From positions 1,808 through 65,807 of the forward strand of contig JAZULL010000100.1 in NCBI GenBank assembly GCA_045603085.1: a DNA stretch of 64,000 bases, read 5' to 3'. The DNA comes from Eubacteriales bacterium. Its GTDB lineage: Bacteria > Bacillota > Clostridia > Oscillospirales > CAG-272. Shown in pieces: positions 17,260 through 24,939 of the stretch. Numbering within the stretch: the stretch's first letter is position 1; each line of letters begins with the position of its first letter. The notes under the pieces are model-generated. The model searched no databases. It was not told the origin of the DNA and worked only from the letters and a program-made list of their open reading frames with translations. Both the position numbers and the translations under genes were made by a program.

Positions 17260-17972
17260 GCCAACCGATTTTAGTGTGCGAAAAGCTCACCAAGAGCTAT
17301 AAACGGGGCAAGCCTGTGCTCAACGAGCTGGAATTTGTTGTCCAGCCCGGCAAGATCGTGGGACTTCTCGGCCCCAACGGTTGCGGAAAATCCACCCTGC
17401 TCAAGCTGGTGGCGGGACTGTTGCAGCAGGACAGCGGCAGTATTCTGATCTGCGGGCAGGAGCGCAGCGAGAAAACCAATTCCCTGGTTTCTTTTCTGCC
17501 CGAGCGTCCCTATTTCTCGTCGTCTATGTCTGTCAATGCCATGATGGACTATTTCGGCGACTTTTACGAGGACTTTGACCGCGAGCTGGCGCTGACCATG
17601 CTCTCCGATCTTGGCATTGACCCGAGGGCGCGCATGCGCACGCTCTCCAAGGGCACCAAGGAAAAGGTACAGCTGATCCTTGTCATGGCGCGCCGCGCAA
17701 AGCTTTACCTGTTGGACGAGCCGATCGGCGGCGTTGACCCCGCGGCACGCGATTACATTCTCAAAACCATCATTGGTAACTATAACCCCGAGGCCTCGGC
17801 CATCATCACCACGCACCTGATTGCGGACGTGGAGAGCGTGCTGGACGATTTCGCCTTTGTGGACGGCGGAAAGATCGCCATGTGCGGCGACGCCGACGAG
17901 GCGCGTGAGCAACACGGCAAGACCTTGGATGAGCTTTTCAGGGAGGTGTTCAGATGTTCAAGAAATGCTTAA
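17256..17972 (+). CDS. ABC transporter ATP-binding protein
   Basis: Walker A GPNGCGKST, signature LSKGTKEKV and Walker B LYLLDEP. Confidence 0.92.
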   Translation: MSQPILVCEKLTKSYKRGKPVLNELEFVVQPGKIVGLLGPNGCGKSTLLKLVAGLLQQDSGSILICGQERSEKTNSLVSFLPERPYFSSSMSVNAMMDYFGDFYEDFDRELALTMLSDLGIDPRARMRTLSKGTKEKVQLILVMARRAKLYLLDEPIGGVDPAARDYILKTIIGNYNPEASAIITTHLIADVESVLDDFAFVDGGKIAMCGDADEAREQHGKTLDELFREVFRCSRNA

Positions 17973-18925
17973 AATACGATCTGCGTGCCTTTGGCAAGAT
18001 CTGGCTGATGGCGGCGGGCATTGCCCTGTTGCTTGGTGTGATCTGCTCGCTGGGCGTCGGTCTCTTCTCCTTCTCGCTCATCTATGAAGTCTACACGTCA
18101 TCGCTCGTTGATTCATATACCCCCGGCCTGCTGTTCTATACCCAAATGTTTTTAGGCGCGATATGCGCCATGCTGATGACCGCAGGCTCGCTGGTCATGG
18201 TGCTGGGCACAAGCATTGCCAACTACGTGCGCTATTACACCCACCTCTTTACCGACCAAGGATACCTCACCTTTACCCTGCCCGTCAAGCGCTCCACCAT
18301 TTTCTGGTCCAAGACGGTCAGCGCGTACCTCTATAATCTCGGTGCGATCACGGTCACCTCGATCATGGGCATTCTGTCGGCACTTGGCGTAGCATGCGGC
18401 ATTGTGGCGGGCGTGTTCTACGTTGGCATGATGCAGACCGGTATGACGCTGCTCGAGCTGCTGCAGACCTTTGATTGGGCAGATTTCGTGGAGATCTGGA
18501 ACGTTATCAAGAACTGGATCCTCAACGATCTCGGCTTGATCAACGTTTTCCGCATCTTGTTTATTTCGCTGTTGCTGGGTATCGTATATCTGGCGGCAGA
18601 TTTCGCTTCGATCATGACCGGTTATTTCTGCATCACCATCGGTGCGACGCTGTTCCGCAAGCTCAAGCTGCTGAGCGCTCTGGTCTGCTACTACGTGGTC
18701 AACAACGTGCTGGCTGTTCCCGCCGTGTATTTCGGCACGTACTATTTCATGTTTGCAGGCATGCTTGGCACGATTGCCATTCCCCAGCTGTTTGAAAACG
18801 TGCATATCGGCATGAGCGTGATCTATCTGATCCTTGCGATCATGGCGGTTATGTTTGTCACCATCGGTCTTGCCATGGCGTTCTTCTCAATCTGGCGCCT
18901 GGACAAGAAGCTCAATCTTGCGTAA
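17954..18925 (+). CDS. ABC transporter permease-like multi-pass membrane protein
   Basis: 323 aa with at least 6 hydrophobic helices. It overlaps the ATPase gene by 19 nt. No specific family was recognised. Confidence 0.7.
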   Translation: MFKKCLKYDLRAFGKIWLMAAGIALLLGVICSLGVGLFSFSLIYEVYTSSLVDSYTPGLLFYTQMFLGAICAMLMTAGSLVMVLGTSIANYVRYYTHLFTDQGYLTFTLPVKRSTIFWSKTVSAYLYNLGAITVTSIMGILSALGVACGIVAGVFYVGMMQTGMTLLELLQTFDWADFVEIWNVIKNWILNDLGLINVFRILFISLLLGIVYLAADFASIMTGYFCITIGATLFRKLKLLSALVCYYVVNNVLAVPAVYFGTYYFMFAGMLGTIAIPQLFENVHIGMSVIYLILAIMAVMFVTIGLAMAFFSIWRLDKKLNLA

Positions 18926-18938
18926 AGGAGGTGCAGAT

Positions 18939-19979
18939 ATGAAAAACTTCAAGAAATTATCCGCGCTTCTCATCGCTCTTTTCATGATCCTCTCGCTTTG
19001 TCTGCCCGTGCTTGCGGCAGATTACCCCACCGAGGAAATTGACGAAGCCGTTGTTTGGTCGTACGACGAGACCACGGGCGAGCTGACTCACGGCGAGGTG
19101 GTATACGAGGAATATTTTATCTCCTCGGGCTTCTGGGTGATCGGTGACCGATACAGATACAAGGAAACGGTCTACATGGAGCTCTACAATCTCCAGGATC
19201 ATACCGTATCGCAGTTCATCCCCGATGCCACAGTGCCCTCCGTACGCTCCGACATTGCGTTTGTCAGTTACTCCGCCTATTCCGGTGACGGTGACTTGCG
19301 CATATTCGTCACACCCGAGGGTAAGGCAGTCATGGATGCCTTTGAAAACGGACAATACACGTCTTATCAGTTTGCAGAGTATAAATCCCAGAGAGTGGAT
19401 CTCTCAAAAGATTTCATAACGGATATTGAAAACCGCGAGCCAAACCTGACACTGGACGTCAGAACGCTTCGCAATGCGACCAAATACAAGATCCTGGGCA
19501 TTGATGCAACCGGAAACTTCGCGCACATCATGGGCGCGGTTTATCAGACCGTGGACGGTCACGGCTACGTTTACGTAGACTACGATGCTCTTGAGAGCAA
19601 TATGCTGGACGCCGACGGTACGTTGTCCTACCGTGGGGGTGAGGTGCCCGCATACACATTGGATGCCGCAATGGTCGGAGACCTGATCGTGCAGGCACAA
19701 AACTGCAAGAATGTCAGCCCTCGGGTGTACTCGGCAAACGACTTTGAGGACGACGACCTCGACATAGATCAGACCCCTGCGCTGATTCTGTTTGCGCTGA
19801 TGCTCTCGCCGTTCTTATACGTCGCTCCCCTGCTGTTCTTAGTGCTGGGCATTGTGATGTGCTCGATCAAAAAGATTCCCGGCAGAAAGCGCTGGGGCGG
19901 CCTTGTCGCCGTTTCCTGCCTGTGGCTGGCCTGCTCGGTTGCCATTACGGTGCTGTGCATCGTGGCGATGGTGATTTAA
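18939..19979 (+). CDS. exported protein with two C-terminal TM helices, operon partner of the ABC transporter
   Basis: AAAGGAGG precedes ATG 18939. Signal peptide MKNFKKLSALLIALFMILSLCLPVLAADY. The C-terminal hydrophobic segments are ALILFALMLSPFLYVAPLLFLVLGIVM and LVAVSCLWLACSVAITVLCIVAMV. Confidence 0.7.
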   Translation: MKNFKKLSALLIALFMILSLCLPVLAADYPTEEIDEAVVWSYDETTGELTHGEVVYEEYFISSGFWVIGDRYRYKETVYMELYNLQDHTVSQFIPDATVPSVRSDIAFVSYSAYSGDGDLRIFVTPEGKAVMDAFENGQYTSYQFAEYKSQRVDLSKDFITDIENREPNLTLDVRTLRNATKYKILGIDATGNFAHIMGAVYQTVDGHGYVYVDYDALESNMLDADGTLSYRGGEVPAYTLDAAMVGDLIVQAQNCKNVSPRVYSANDFEDDDLDIDQTPALILFALMLSPFLYVAPLLFLVLGIVMCSIKKIPGRKRWGGLVAVSCLWLACSVAITVLCIVAMVI

Positions 19980-20034
19980 TAGAAAAAGACCGAACCCACG
20001 GGGCTGATGAATTAGCGACAAAACCAAATATTAC

Positions 20035-20067
20035 AAAAGCAGAAGTCTTTCGTGGCTTCTGCTTTTT
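20035..20067 (+). terminator. intrinsic terminator
   Basis: GCAGAAGTC / GTGGCTTCTGC stem flanked by an A run and a T run (AAAAGCAGAAG...CTTCTGCTTTTT). Confidence 0.7.
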
Positions 20068-20105
20068 CATATCATAAGACGTGCCGGAGCGTCCTATGTA
20101 AAAAA

Positions 20106-20143
20106 ACGGAGTCTGCTATATCAAACAGACTCCGTAATTTTTA
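20106..20143. terminator. intrinsic terminator (usable in both directions)
   Basis: 10-bp stem ACGGAGTCTG / CAGACTCCGT with a 10-nt loop, preceded by AAAAAA and followed by AATTTTTATT. Confidence 0.7.
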
Positions 20144-20235
20144 TTATTCAGTTGTTCTTCCGTTAATCTATCAGACCCATGGGTTCGGTCTTTTTTGTTA
20201 TATCATGATCGGCACGTTTGTAAGGCAACGACACC

Positions 20236-21159
20236 TCACAACGACCGCTCGTACAGATAATCCTTGACGCCGCGGTGAAACCACAGCATATACACGCAAA
20301 ACAGATCCAGCAGGATGGCTACCACCAACGCGCCCGTTACGAATATGCCCGCCTCGGTGGGCATGAAGCGCTCGACAACCGTGATTGAGCCGTCCATGTT
20401 GGTTACGTGTTCAAAGCCAAGCCGAGTGCCCGGCAGATAATTCGGAATCTGCAACGCCACCAGAGCCGCGCTGAGCACGTGGCGGACAATACTGACCACG
20501 CGCGACCAGACCGCACCGCGGAACAAATACACGGTCAACACAACAAACAATGCAATGTTGATCAGCCCCGGCAGAAGCATTTGCGTGCTTACGTAGGTCA
20601 AGCCCATATCCAGCACAACCATAAAGCCCATGACGACGCTGTAAAAGATCAGAAAGGTTTTGCCAAGCCGCTCCCGCTTCTCTTCCCTGTGGGCAATCTC
20701 CAGCATCTCGGGGCTGTAGTCGGTATTTTCGGGTCCGCGCTCGCAAAACTCGGCAAAGGTCTCGCCCTTGTAAGGTGCGGCACCGTGCGAGGTGATCTTA
20801 GCCCCCAGCATTTCGGCCAGTCGCTCGGCCGACAGCGTGTCGTTGGTGGAGGCCTCGGAAAGCTTATCCTTGGCCTTGCTCAGCCGCAAATTCTGCTCGG
20901 CCACGCGACCGCGCCAGCCTGCCAGCACGTCCCCACACTTCTCGGGATTCTCCAGCATGAGTGCAATCTCGTCCAAGGTAAACTCGGCGCGGCGCAGCTC
21001 GGACACCACAGCCAGCTCGCGCAGATTATGATCCGAGAACACCAAATATTCCCTGCCGCGCTCCCAATACCTTTCGGGATGCACAAGGCCTCGCTCGCAA
21101 TATAATCTCACGGCACGCTCGGTCAGCCCCGAGCGTGCGCAAATCTCTTTCATTTTCAT
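20236..21159 (-). CDS. MerR-family transcriptional regulator with a C-terminal multi-pass membrane domain
   Basis: HTH MKEICARSGLTERAVRLYCERGLV...FSDHNLRELAVVSELRRAEFTLDEI, a coiled-coil linker, then about 4 TM helices. ATG 21159 follows GAAAGGA. The ORF-track start is a TTG at 21165. Confidence 0.8.
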   Translation of the reverse strand: MKMKEICARSGLTERAVRLYCERGLVHPERYWERGREYLVFSDHNLRELAVVSELRRAEFTLDEIALMLENPEKCGDVLAGWRGRVAEQNLRLSKAKDKLSEASTNDTLSAERLAEMLGAKITSHGAAPYKGETFAEFCERGPENTDYSPEMLEIAHREEKRERLGKTFLIFYSVVMGFMVVLDMGLTYVSTQMLLPGLINIALFVVLTVYLFRGAVWSRVVSIVRHVLSAALVALQIPNYLPGTRLGFEHVTNMDGSITVVERFMPTEAGIFVTGALVVAILLDLFCVYMLWFHRGVKDYLYERSL

Positions 21160-21180
21160 GGTCAAAGTCCTTTCAAATCA

Positions 21181-21210
21181 AAATGGGATGACGTTCTGTC
21201 ACCCCATTTT
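21181..21210 (-). terminator. intrinsic terminator of the nagB operon
   Basis: The minus strand reads AAATGGGGTGAC-AGAAC-GTCATCCCATTT followed by TGATTTG (stem with one mismatch). Confidence 0.6.
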
Positions 21211-21236
21211 ACAATCTTACCTTGGGAAAGTTTCAA
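21206..21236 (-). promoter_or_regulatory. promoter candidate with a 19-nt spacer (TTGAAA-19-TAAAAT) carrying a partial dyad, upstream of the merR-family gene
   Basis: The minus strand reads TTGAAA CTTTCCCAAGGTAAGATTG TAAAAT. The spacer contains CTTtCC-caa-GGtAAG. The -10 box overlaps the 5' arm of the terminator hairpin. Confidence 0.4.
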
Positions 21237-21264
21237 TAGGTTTGACCCATTGTTTACAGAAAAT

Positions 21265-21822
21265 TCATCTTCTGTCACTCTCGGGATAGACCGCGCGGCT
21301 GCCGCCCACGAATTTGGGACGGGTGCGCGCACAAAGCACGCTTGCAGCCCCTACGGTATTCTGTGCGATGCGCACGGGGACGGCTACGTGTCGCAGATGC
21401 ATGCCGATCAGCGTGCCGCCGATATCCATGCCCGCATGCGCCTTGATATACTCGACCGCAACGGGCTCTTGCATGCCCGCCCATGCCGCTGTGGCAAACG
21501 ATCCGCCCGCCTTGGGTTGCGGGATGACGCAAACCTGCTCCAGCCCATACCGCTCTGCGCATGCTCTCTCCACGATCAGGGCGCGGTTGAGATGCTCACA
21601 GCACTGTGCGGCCAGATACACGCCGCGCTCCATGCAGGCCTTGGCAACAGCCTCATATACGGCATTGGCCACCTCGGGTGCGGATGCGTGGCCGATCTGC
21701 CCTCCCGCGATCTCGGACGAGGAGCAACCGACCACAAGGATCTGTCCCTCTTTTACCCCTGCGGCGTCCAGCAGCTCGCAAACTGCCAGCTCCGCCTCTT
21801 TTCTGATCTGTGCGATTTCCAT
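21265..21822 (-). CDS. UPF0340 / TIGR01440-family protein
   Basis: 185 aa with the pattern ILVVGCSSSEI.GG.IG and AAQCCEHLNRALIVER, as remembered for YwlG-type proteins. Confidence 0.6.
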   Translation of the reverse strand: MEIAQIRKEAELAVCELLDAAGVKEGQILVVGCSSSEIAGGQIGHASAPEVANAVYEAVAKACMERGVYLAAQCCEHLNRALIVERACAERYGLEQVCVIPQPKAGGSFATAAWAGMQEPVAVEYIKAHAGMDIGGTLIGMHLRHVAVPVRIAQNTVGAASVLCARTRPKFVGGSRAVYPESDRR

Positions 21823-21823
21823 A

Positions 21824-22546
21824 TCAGCCCTCGTAAGCGGCGGTGTCGCAGATCAGCGTCACGTCGGCGTGCAGATTCAGGAAGGACGCGGGACAGGAAG
21901 TGCTGACCATACCCGAAAGCATGGCCTTGACAGCCTCGTGCTTGCCCTTGCCGTTGGCCAGGATGATGATCTTCTTAGCCGAGAGGATGGTGCCCATACC
22001 CATGGTCAGCGCCAGCGTGGGCACTTGATCAATGCTCTGGAAGAAACGTGCATTGGCCTCCACCGTGTCGGCGGTCAGCTCGGTCACGTGGGTTGCGGGA
22101 TACAGCGCCTCGGCGGGCTCGTTGAACGCGATATGACCGTTTCTGCCAATGCCCAGCACCTGAATATCCGCACCGCCCAGCTCGCGCACAAATGCCTCGT
22201 ATCTTGCGGCCTCTGCGGCGGCATCCTCGGCGTCGCCGTTTGGCACGTGGGTGTTGGCCTTATCCACGTTGATATGGTCAAACAGCTTGGTGTTCATAAA
22301 GTAGCGGTAGCTCTGCTCGTTATCGGGTGTGATGGGATAATACTCATCCAGATTGACCGTGGTCACAGCCGAGAAATCCAGCTCGCCCCCCCGATATTTG
22401 GCAATCAGCTCGGCGTACATGCCCTCGGGGGTGGATCCTGTTGCCAGACCCAGCACACAGTTGGGCTTATTCTTGACAACGTCAGCCACGATATCGGCGG
22501 CGACGCGGGACATTTCGGAATAGTCGTTACAGCAAACAATTTTCAT
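21824..22546 (-). CDS. nagB: glucosamine-6-phosphate deaminase
   Basis: LGLATGSTPEGMY, TTVNLDEYY and GIGRNGHIAFNEP motifs. Confidence 0.92.
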   Translation of the reverse strand: MKIVCCNDYSEMSRVAADIVADVVKNKPNCVLGLATGSTPEGMYAELIAKYRGGELDFSAVTTVNLDEYYPITPDNEQSYRYFMNTKLFDHINVDKANTHVPNGDAEDAAAEAARYEAFVRELGGADIQVLGIGRNGHIAFNEPAEALYPATHVTELTADTVEANARFFQSIDQVPTLALTMGMGTILSAKKIIILANGKGKHEAVKAMLSGMVSTSCPASFLNLHADVTLICDTAAYEG

Positions 22547-22570
22547 GATTCAATCCTCCAAATCTACGGC

Positions 22571-23824
22571 TTACCACTGATCACTCTCATCCTCGGGAAT
22601 GACCTCCTTGATGGCGGCGATGGCACATTCGATCATGCTGTCGTCGGGCTCAAGCACGGTAATGTGCTGCAGCCAGACGCCGGGCAGAGAGATCAGACGG
22701 GTCAGGAAATTGTCGTATCTGCCTGCCAGCTTGAGCAGCTCGTAGCCAATGCCCATAACCAAGGGGAGCAATACTAAGGATATGCCGGTACGTACCAGAG
22801 TGGGAAGAACGGTATGAATGGGAGCCAGCATCTCTTTCATGGTGCCGCCGAAAGCGGCAACAAAGGTGGGCTCGATAAAGAAGGAAACGAACACGTTGAC
22901 CAGCACCATCAGAATCAGGAAGGACGTGCCGCAGCGAGGATGGAATCTTCTCTGCTTGCGCACGTTCTCCACGGTCAGCTCAAGGCCGGCCTCATAGCAG
23001 AAGATCGACTTATGCTCTGCACCGTGGTATTGGAAGGTGCGGCGGATGTCCTTCATCAAGGAAACTGCCGCCATGTAGCCAACCACGATGGCGATCTTGA
23101 ACACACCCTCGATCAGCGAGCGGATAAAGGACTCAAGGATCATATTCTCGGGCTTGAGCGCGGGGATCAGACCTACGATCAGGTCGTAGAGTGCGGTGGG
23201 CACGAACTTGAACAGCACGATGGCCAAACCCAGACCCAGTACAACGCCAAGGATCATGACCAGCGTGGTGGTCAAAGACGCGCCGTCCACCTTCTTTTCC
23301 TTCTTGCCCTTCTCTCCCTCGGACTTGGGGGCTTCGGGTACGGTGACGGGATCTTCGATGGCAGGAGTCTCCTCTACGGTGGGAGTTTCCTCTACGGCGG
23401 GGGTAGGCTCGGGTGCGGAAATTTCCTCGGCTACGGGTGCTTCTTCCTGCACAGGCTCTTGCTCTGTGGCGGGCACTTCGCCCTTTCGAGCGGCTTTTTT
23501 TGCGGCCTTAGCGGCCTTTTTGGCCTCGGCCTCGCGGCGCATCTCCTCCTCTGCCTCCTCAAGACCTGCGATCTCGGCAGAGCGCATCAGGCACTTGTAG
23601 CCCTGGATCATGGACATGGCGAAGTTATACACGCCGCGCACTACGGGGATCTTGGTGATCAGAGGGGTATTGGTGGCGTTCTGCTTAATCTCAAGTACAA
23701 TTTCACCCTCGGGATTGCGCACCGCCATGGCTGTCTTTTTGGGTCCTCGCATCATAATACCCTCCATCAGGGCCTGGCCGCCGATGGAAGTCTTTTTGCA
23801 AGGAGGACATTTATCTTTTTTCAT
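22571..23824 (-). CDS. DUF1385 (YqhQ-like) membrane protein with an internal low-complexity insertion
   Basis: IGGQALMEGIMMRGP N-terminus and the HGAEHK motif before the TM helices. GGAGG lies 7 nt before ATG 23824. A charged/Pro-rich insert of about 95 aa is present. Confidence 0.75.
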   Translation of the reverse strand: MKKDKCPPCKKTSIGGQALMEGIMMRGPKKTAMAVRNPEGEIVLEIKQNATNTPLITKIPVVRGVYNFAMSMIQGYKCLMRSAEIAGLEEAEEEMRREAEAKKAAKAAKKAARKGEVPATEQEPVQEEAPVAEEISAPEPTPAVEETPTVEETPAIEDPVTVPEAPKSEGEKGKKEKKVDGASLTTTLVMILGVVLGLGLAIVLFKFVPTALYDLIVGLIPALKPENMILESFIRSLIEGVFKIAIVVGYMAAVSLMKDIRRTFQYHGAEHKSIFCYEAGLELTVENVRKQRRFHPRCGTSFLILMVLVNVFVSFFIEPTFVAAFGGTMKEMLAPIHTVLPTLVRTGISLVLLPLVMGIGYELLKLAGRYDNFLTRLISLPGVWLQHITVLEPDDSMIECAIAAIKEVIPEDESDQW

Positions 23825-23927
23825 ATATCTACCTCCAAATAAGGAATATGACATAATATATCACGTTACATAATAGCATACGTTTATTAACATGATATGA
23901 ATTATTTGCACCTTTTTCGTTTTCTGC

Positions 23928-23956
23928 TTGACTTTCGGAAGATTTTGGGATATAAT
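23928..23956 (+). promoter_or_regulatory. sigma-A-type promoter (TTGACT-17 nt-TATAAT) of yajC
   Basis: TTGACT at 23928-23933 and TATAAT at 23951-23956. Confidence 0.65.
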
Positions 23957-23993
23957 AGTTTCGTATGTGAAAACTCTCAATGGAGGATAAAAA

Positions 23994-24323
23994 ATGAATT
24001 TTTCGGCATTATTGAACCTGTTTGGCGGTGAAGGCGGCAGCGGTCAGATAATCATTACCATCATCATGGTGGTAGCATTTATCGCAATTTTCTATTTCTT
24101 TATGATCCGCCCCCAGAAGAAGCAGGAAAAAGAAGTCAATGAAATGCGTAACAGCCTCTCTGTTGGTGACGAGATCACCACCATCGGCGGCATCATCGGT
24201 AAGGTCGTCAGCATCAGAGAAGAAACTGTTGTCATCGAGACCAGCCATGACCGCACCAAGATCCGTTTGCTCAAGAGCGCGATCAGTAAGGTTGACGTCA
24301 AGGCAGAGGACGCACAGAAGTGA
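23994..24323 (+). CDS. yajC: preprotein translocase subunit YajC
   Basis: 109 aa with a single TM helix, then FFMIRPQKKQEKE...L..GDEI.T.GGI.G.V. Confidence 0.88.
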   Translation: MNFSALLNLFGGEGGSGQIIITIIMVVAFIAIFYFFMIRPQKKQEKEVNEMRNSLSVGDEITTIGGIIGKVVSIREETVVIETSHDRTKIRLLKSAISKVDVKAEDAQK

Positions 24324-24395
24324 CATAAAAACGGCTCCGTACTCATATAGTATTACCAAAACACGGTAATATTATGGATACGGAGGCGTTTTTTT

Positions 24396-24896
24396 ATGAA
24401 TACAAACAGCAAGGGGCGTTCCCTTTTACCCATGCAGGCGCGCACGCGCGAGAAAACCCGCCCCGAAAGCGGCGGGCTTGTGCGCGGCGTTTTGTACGGT
24501 CTGGCATTTTGCGCGGTGACCGCCTTGGCATCTTTGCTTGCCGCGGCGGCTATTGCCTACGCCTCGCCCGACCCCGACGCGCTGACCCTGCCGCTGGGCT
24601 TTGGCGCAATGGTGCTGTCCTGTCTGGCGGGCGGGCTGGGCGTGGGACTTGGATGCCGCTCGGGCGTGCTGGTCAGTTCCCTGCTTTCGGGCTGTGCATT
24701 TGTGGGGCTGAGCCTTTTGCTGAGTATGTTTTTTGGCAGCGATCTGCGCCAATCCTTGACGCTGGGGCTTGGACTTGGCGCGTCCTTCGGCATTCGCGCG
24801 GGGCTGATTGCACTCTTTTGCGCGGCGGCCATCCTGACCGCACAGATCAAGGACAAATTCTCAAACCGTCCGCACGGCAATCGACGGCATCATTGA
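24396..24896 (+). CDS. Gly/Leu-rich polytopic membrane protein (YrzE/TIGR04086-like, tentative)
   Basis: 166 aa. GGAGG RBS and four very hydrophobic G/L/A-rich helices. Its position after yajC resembles B. subtilis yrzE. Confidence 0.5.
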   Translation: MNTNSKGRSLLPMQARTREKTRPESGGLVRGVLYGLAFCAVTALASLLAAAAIAYASPDPDALTLPLGFGAMVLSCLAGGLGVGLGCRSGVLVSSLLSGCAFVGLSLLLSMFFGSDLRQSLTLGLGLGASFGIRAGLIALFCAAAILTAQIKDKFSNRPHGNRRHH

Positions 24897-24910
24897 TAAG
24901 GTATAAAGAA

Positions 24911-24934
24911 CGCACCTGCCTTGTGGCAGGTGCG
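24911..24934. terminator. bidirectional intrinsic terminator
   Basis: Perfect 10-bp stem CGCACCTGCC-TTGT-GGCAGGTGCG. The plus strand continues CTATTTTATT and the minus strand continues TTCTTTAT. Confidence 0.8.
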
Positions 24935-24939
24935 CTATT

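Larger units (their letters stand above)
19984..20195. repeat. perfect 16-bp inverted repeat pair flanking a 180-nt segment
   Basis: AAAAAGACCGAACCCA (19984-19999) is the exact reverse complement of TGGGTTCGGTCTTTTT (20180-20195). Confidence 0.8.

Noticed and set aside
19984-20195. Invertible promoter (inverton) flanked by the 16-bp inverted repeats.
   Set aside because: The segment lies between two convergent gene ends, so neither orientation would drive a gene. It contains terminators rather than a promoter, and no recombinase is nearby. It is kept as a finding only as a split-terminator or MITE-like curiosity.
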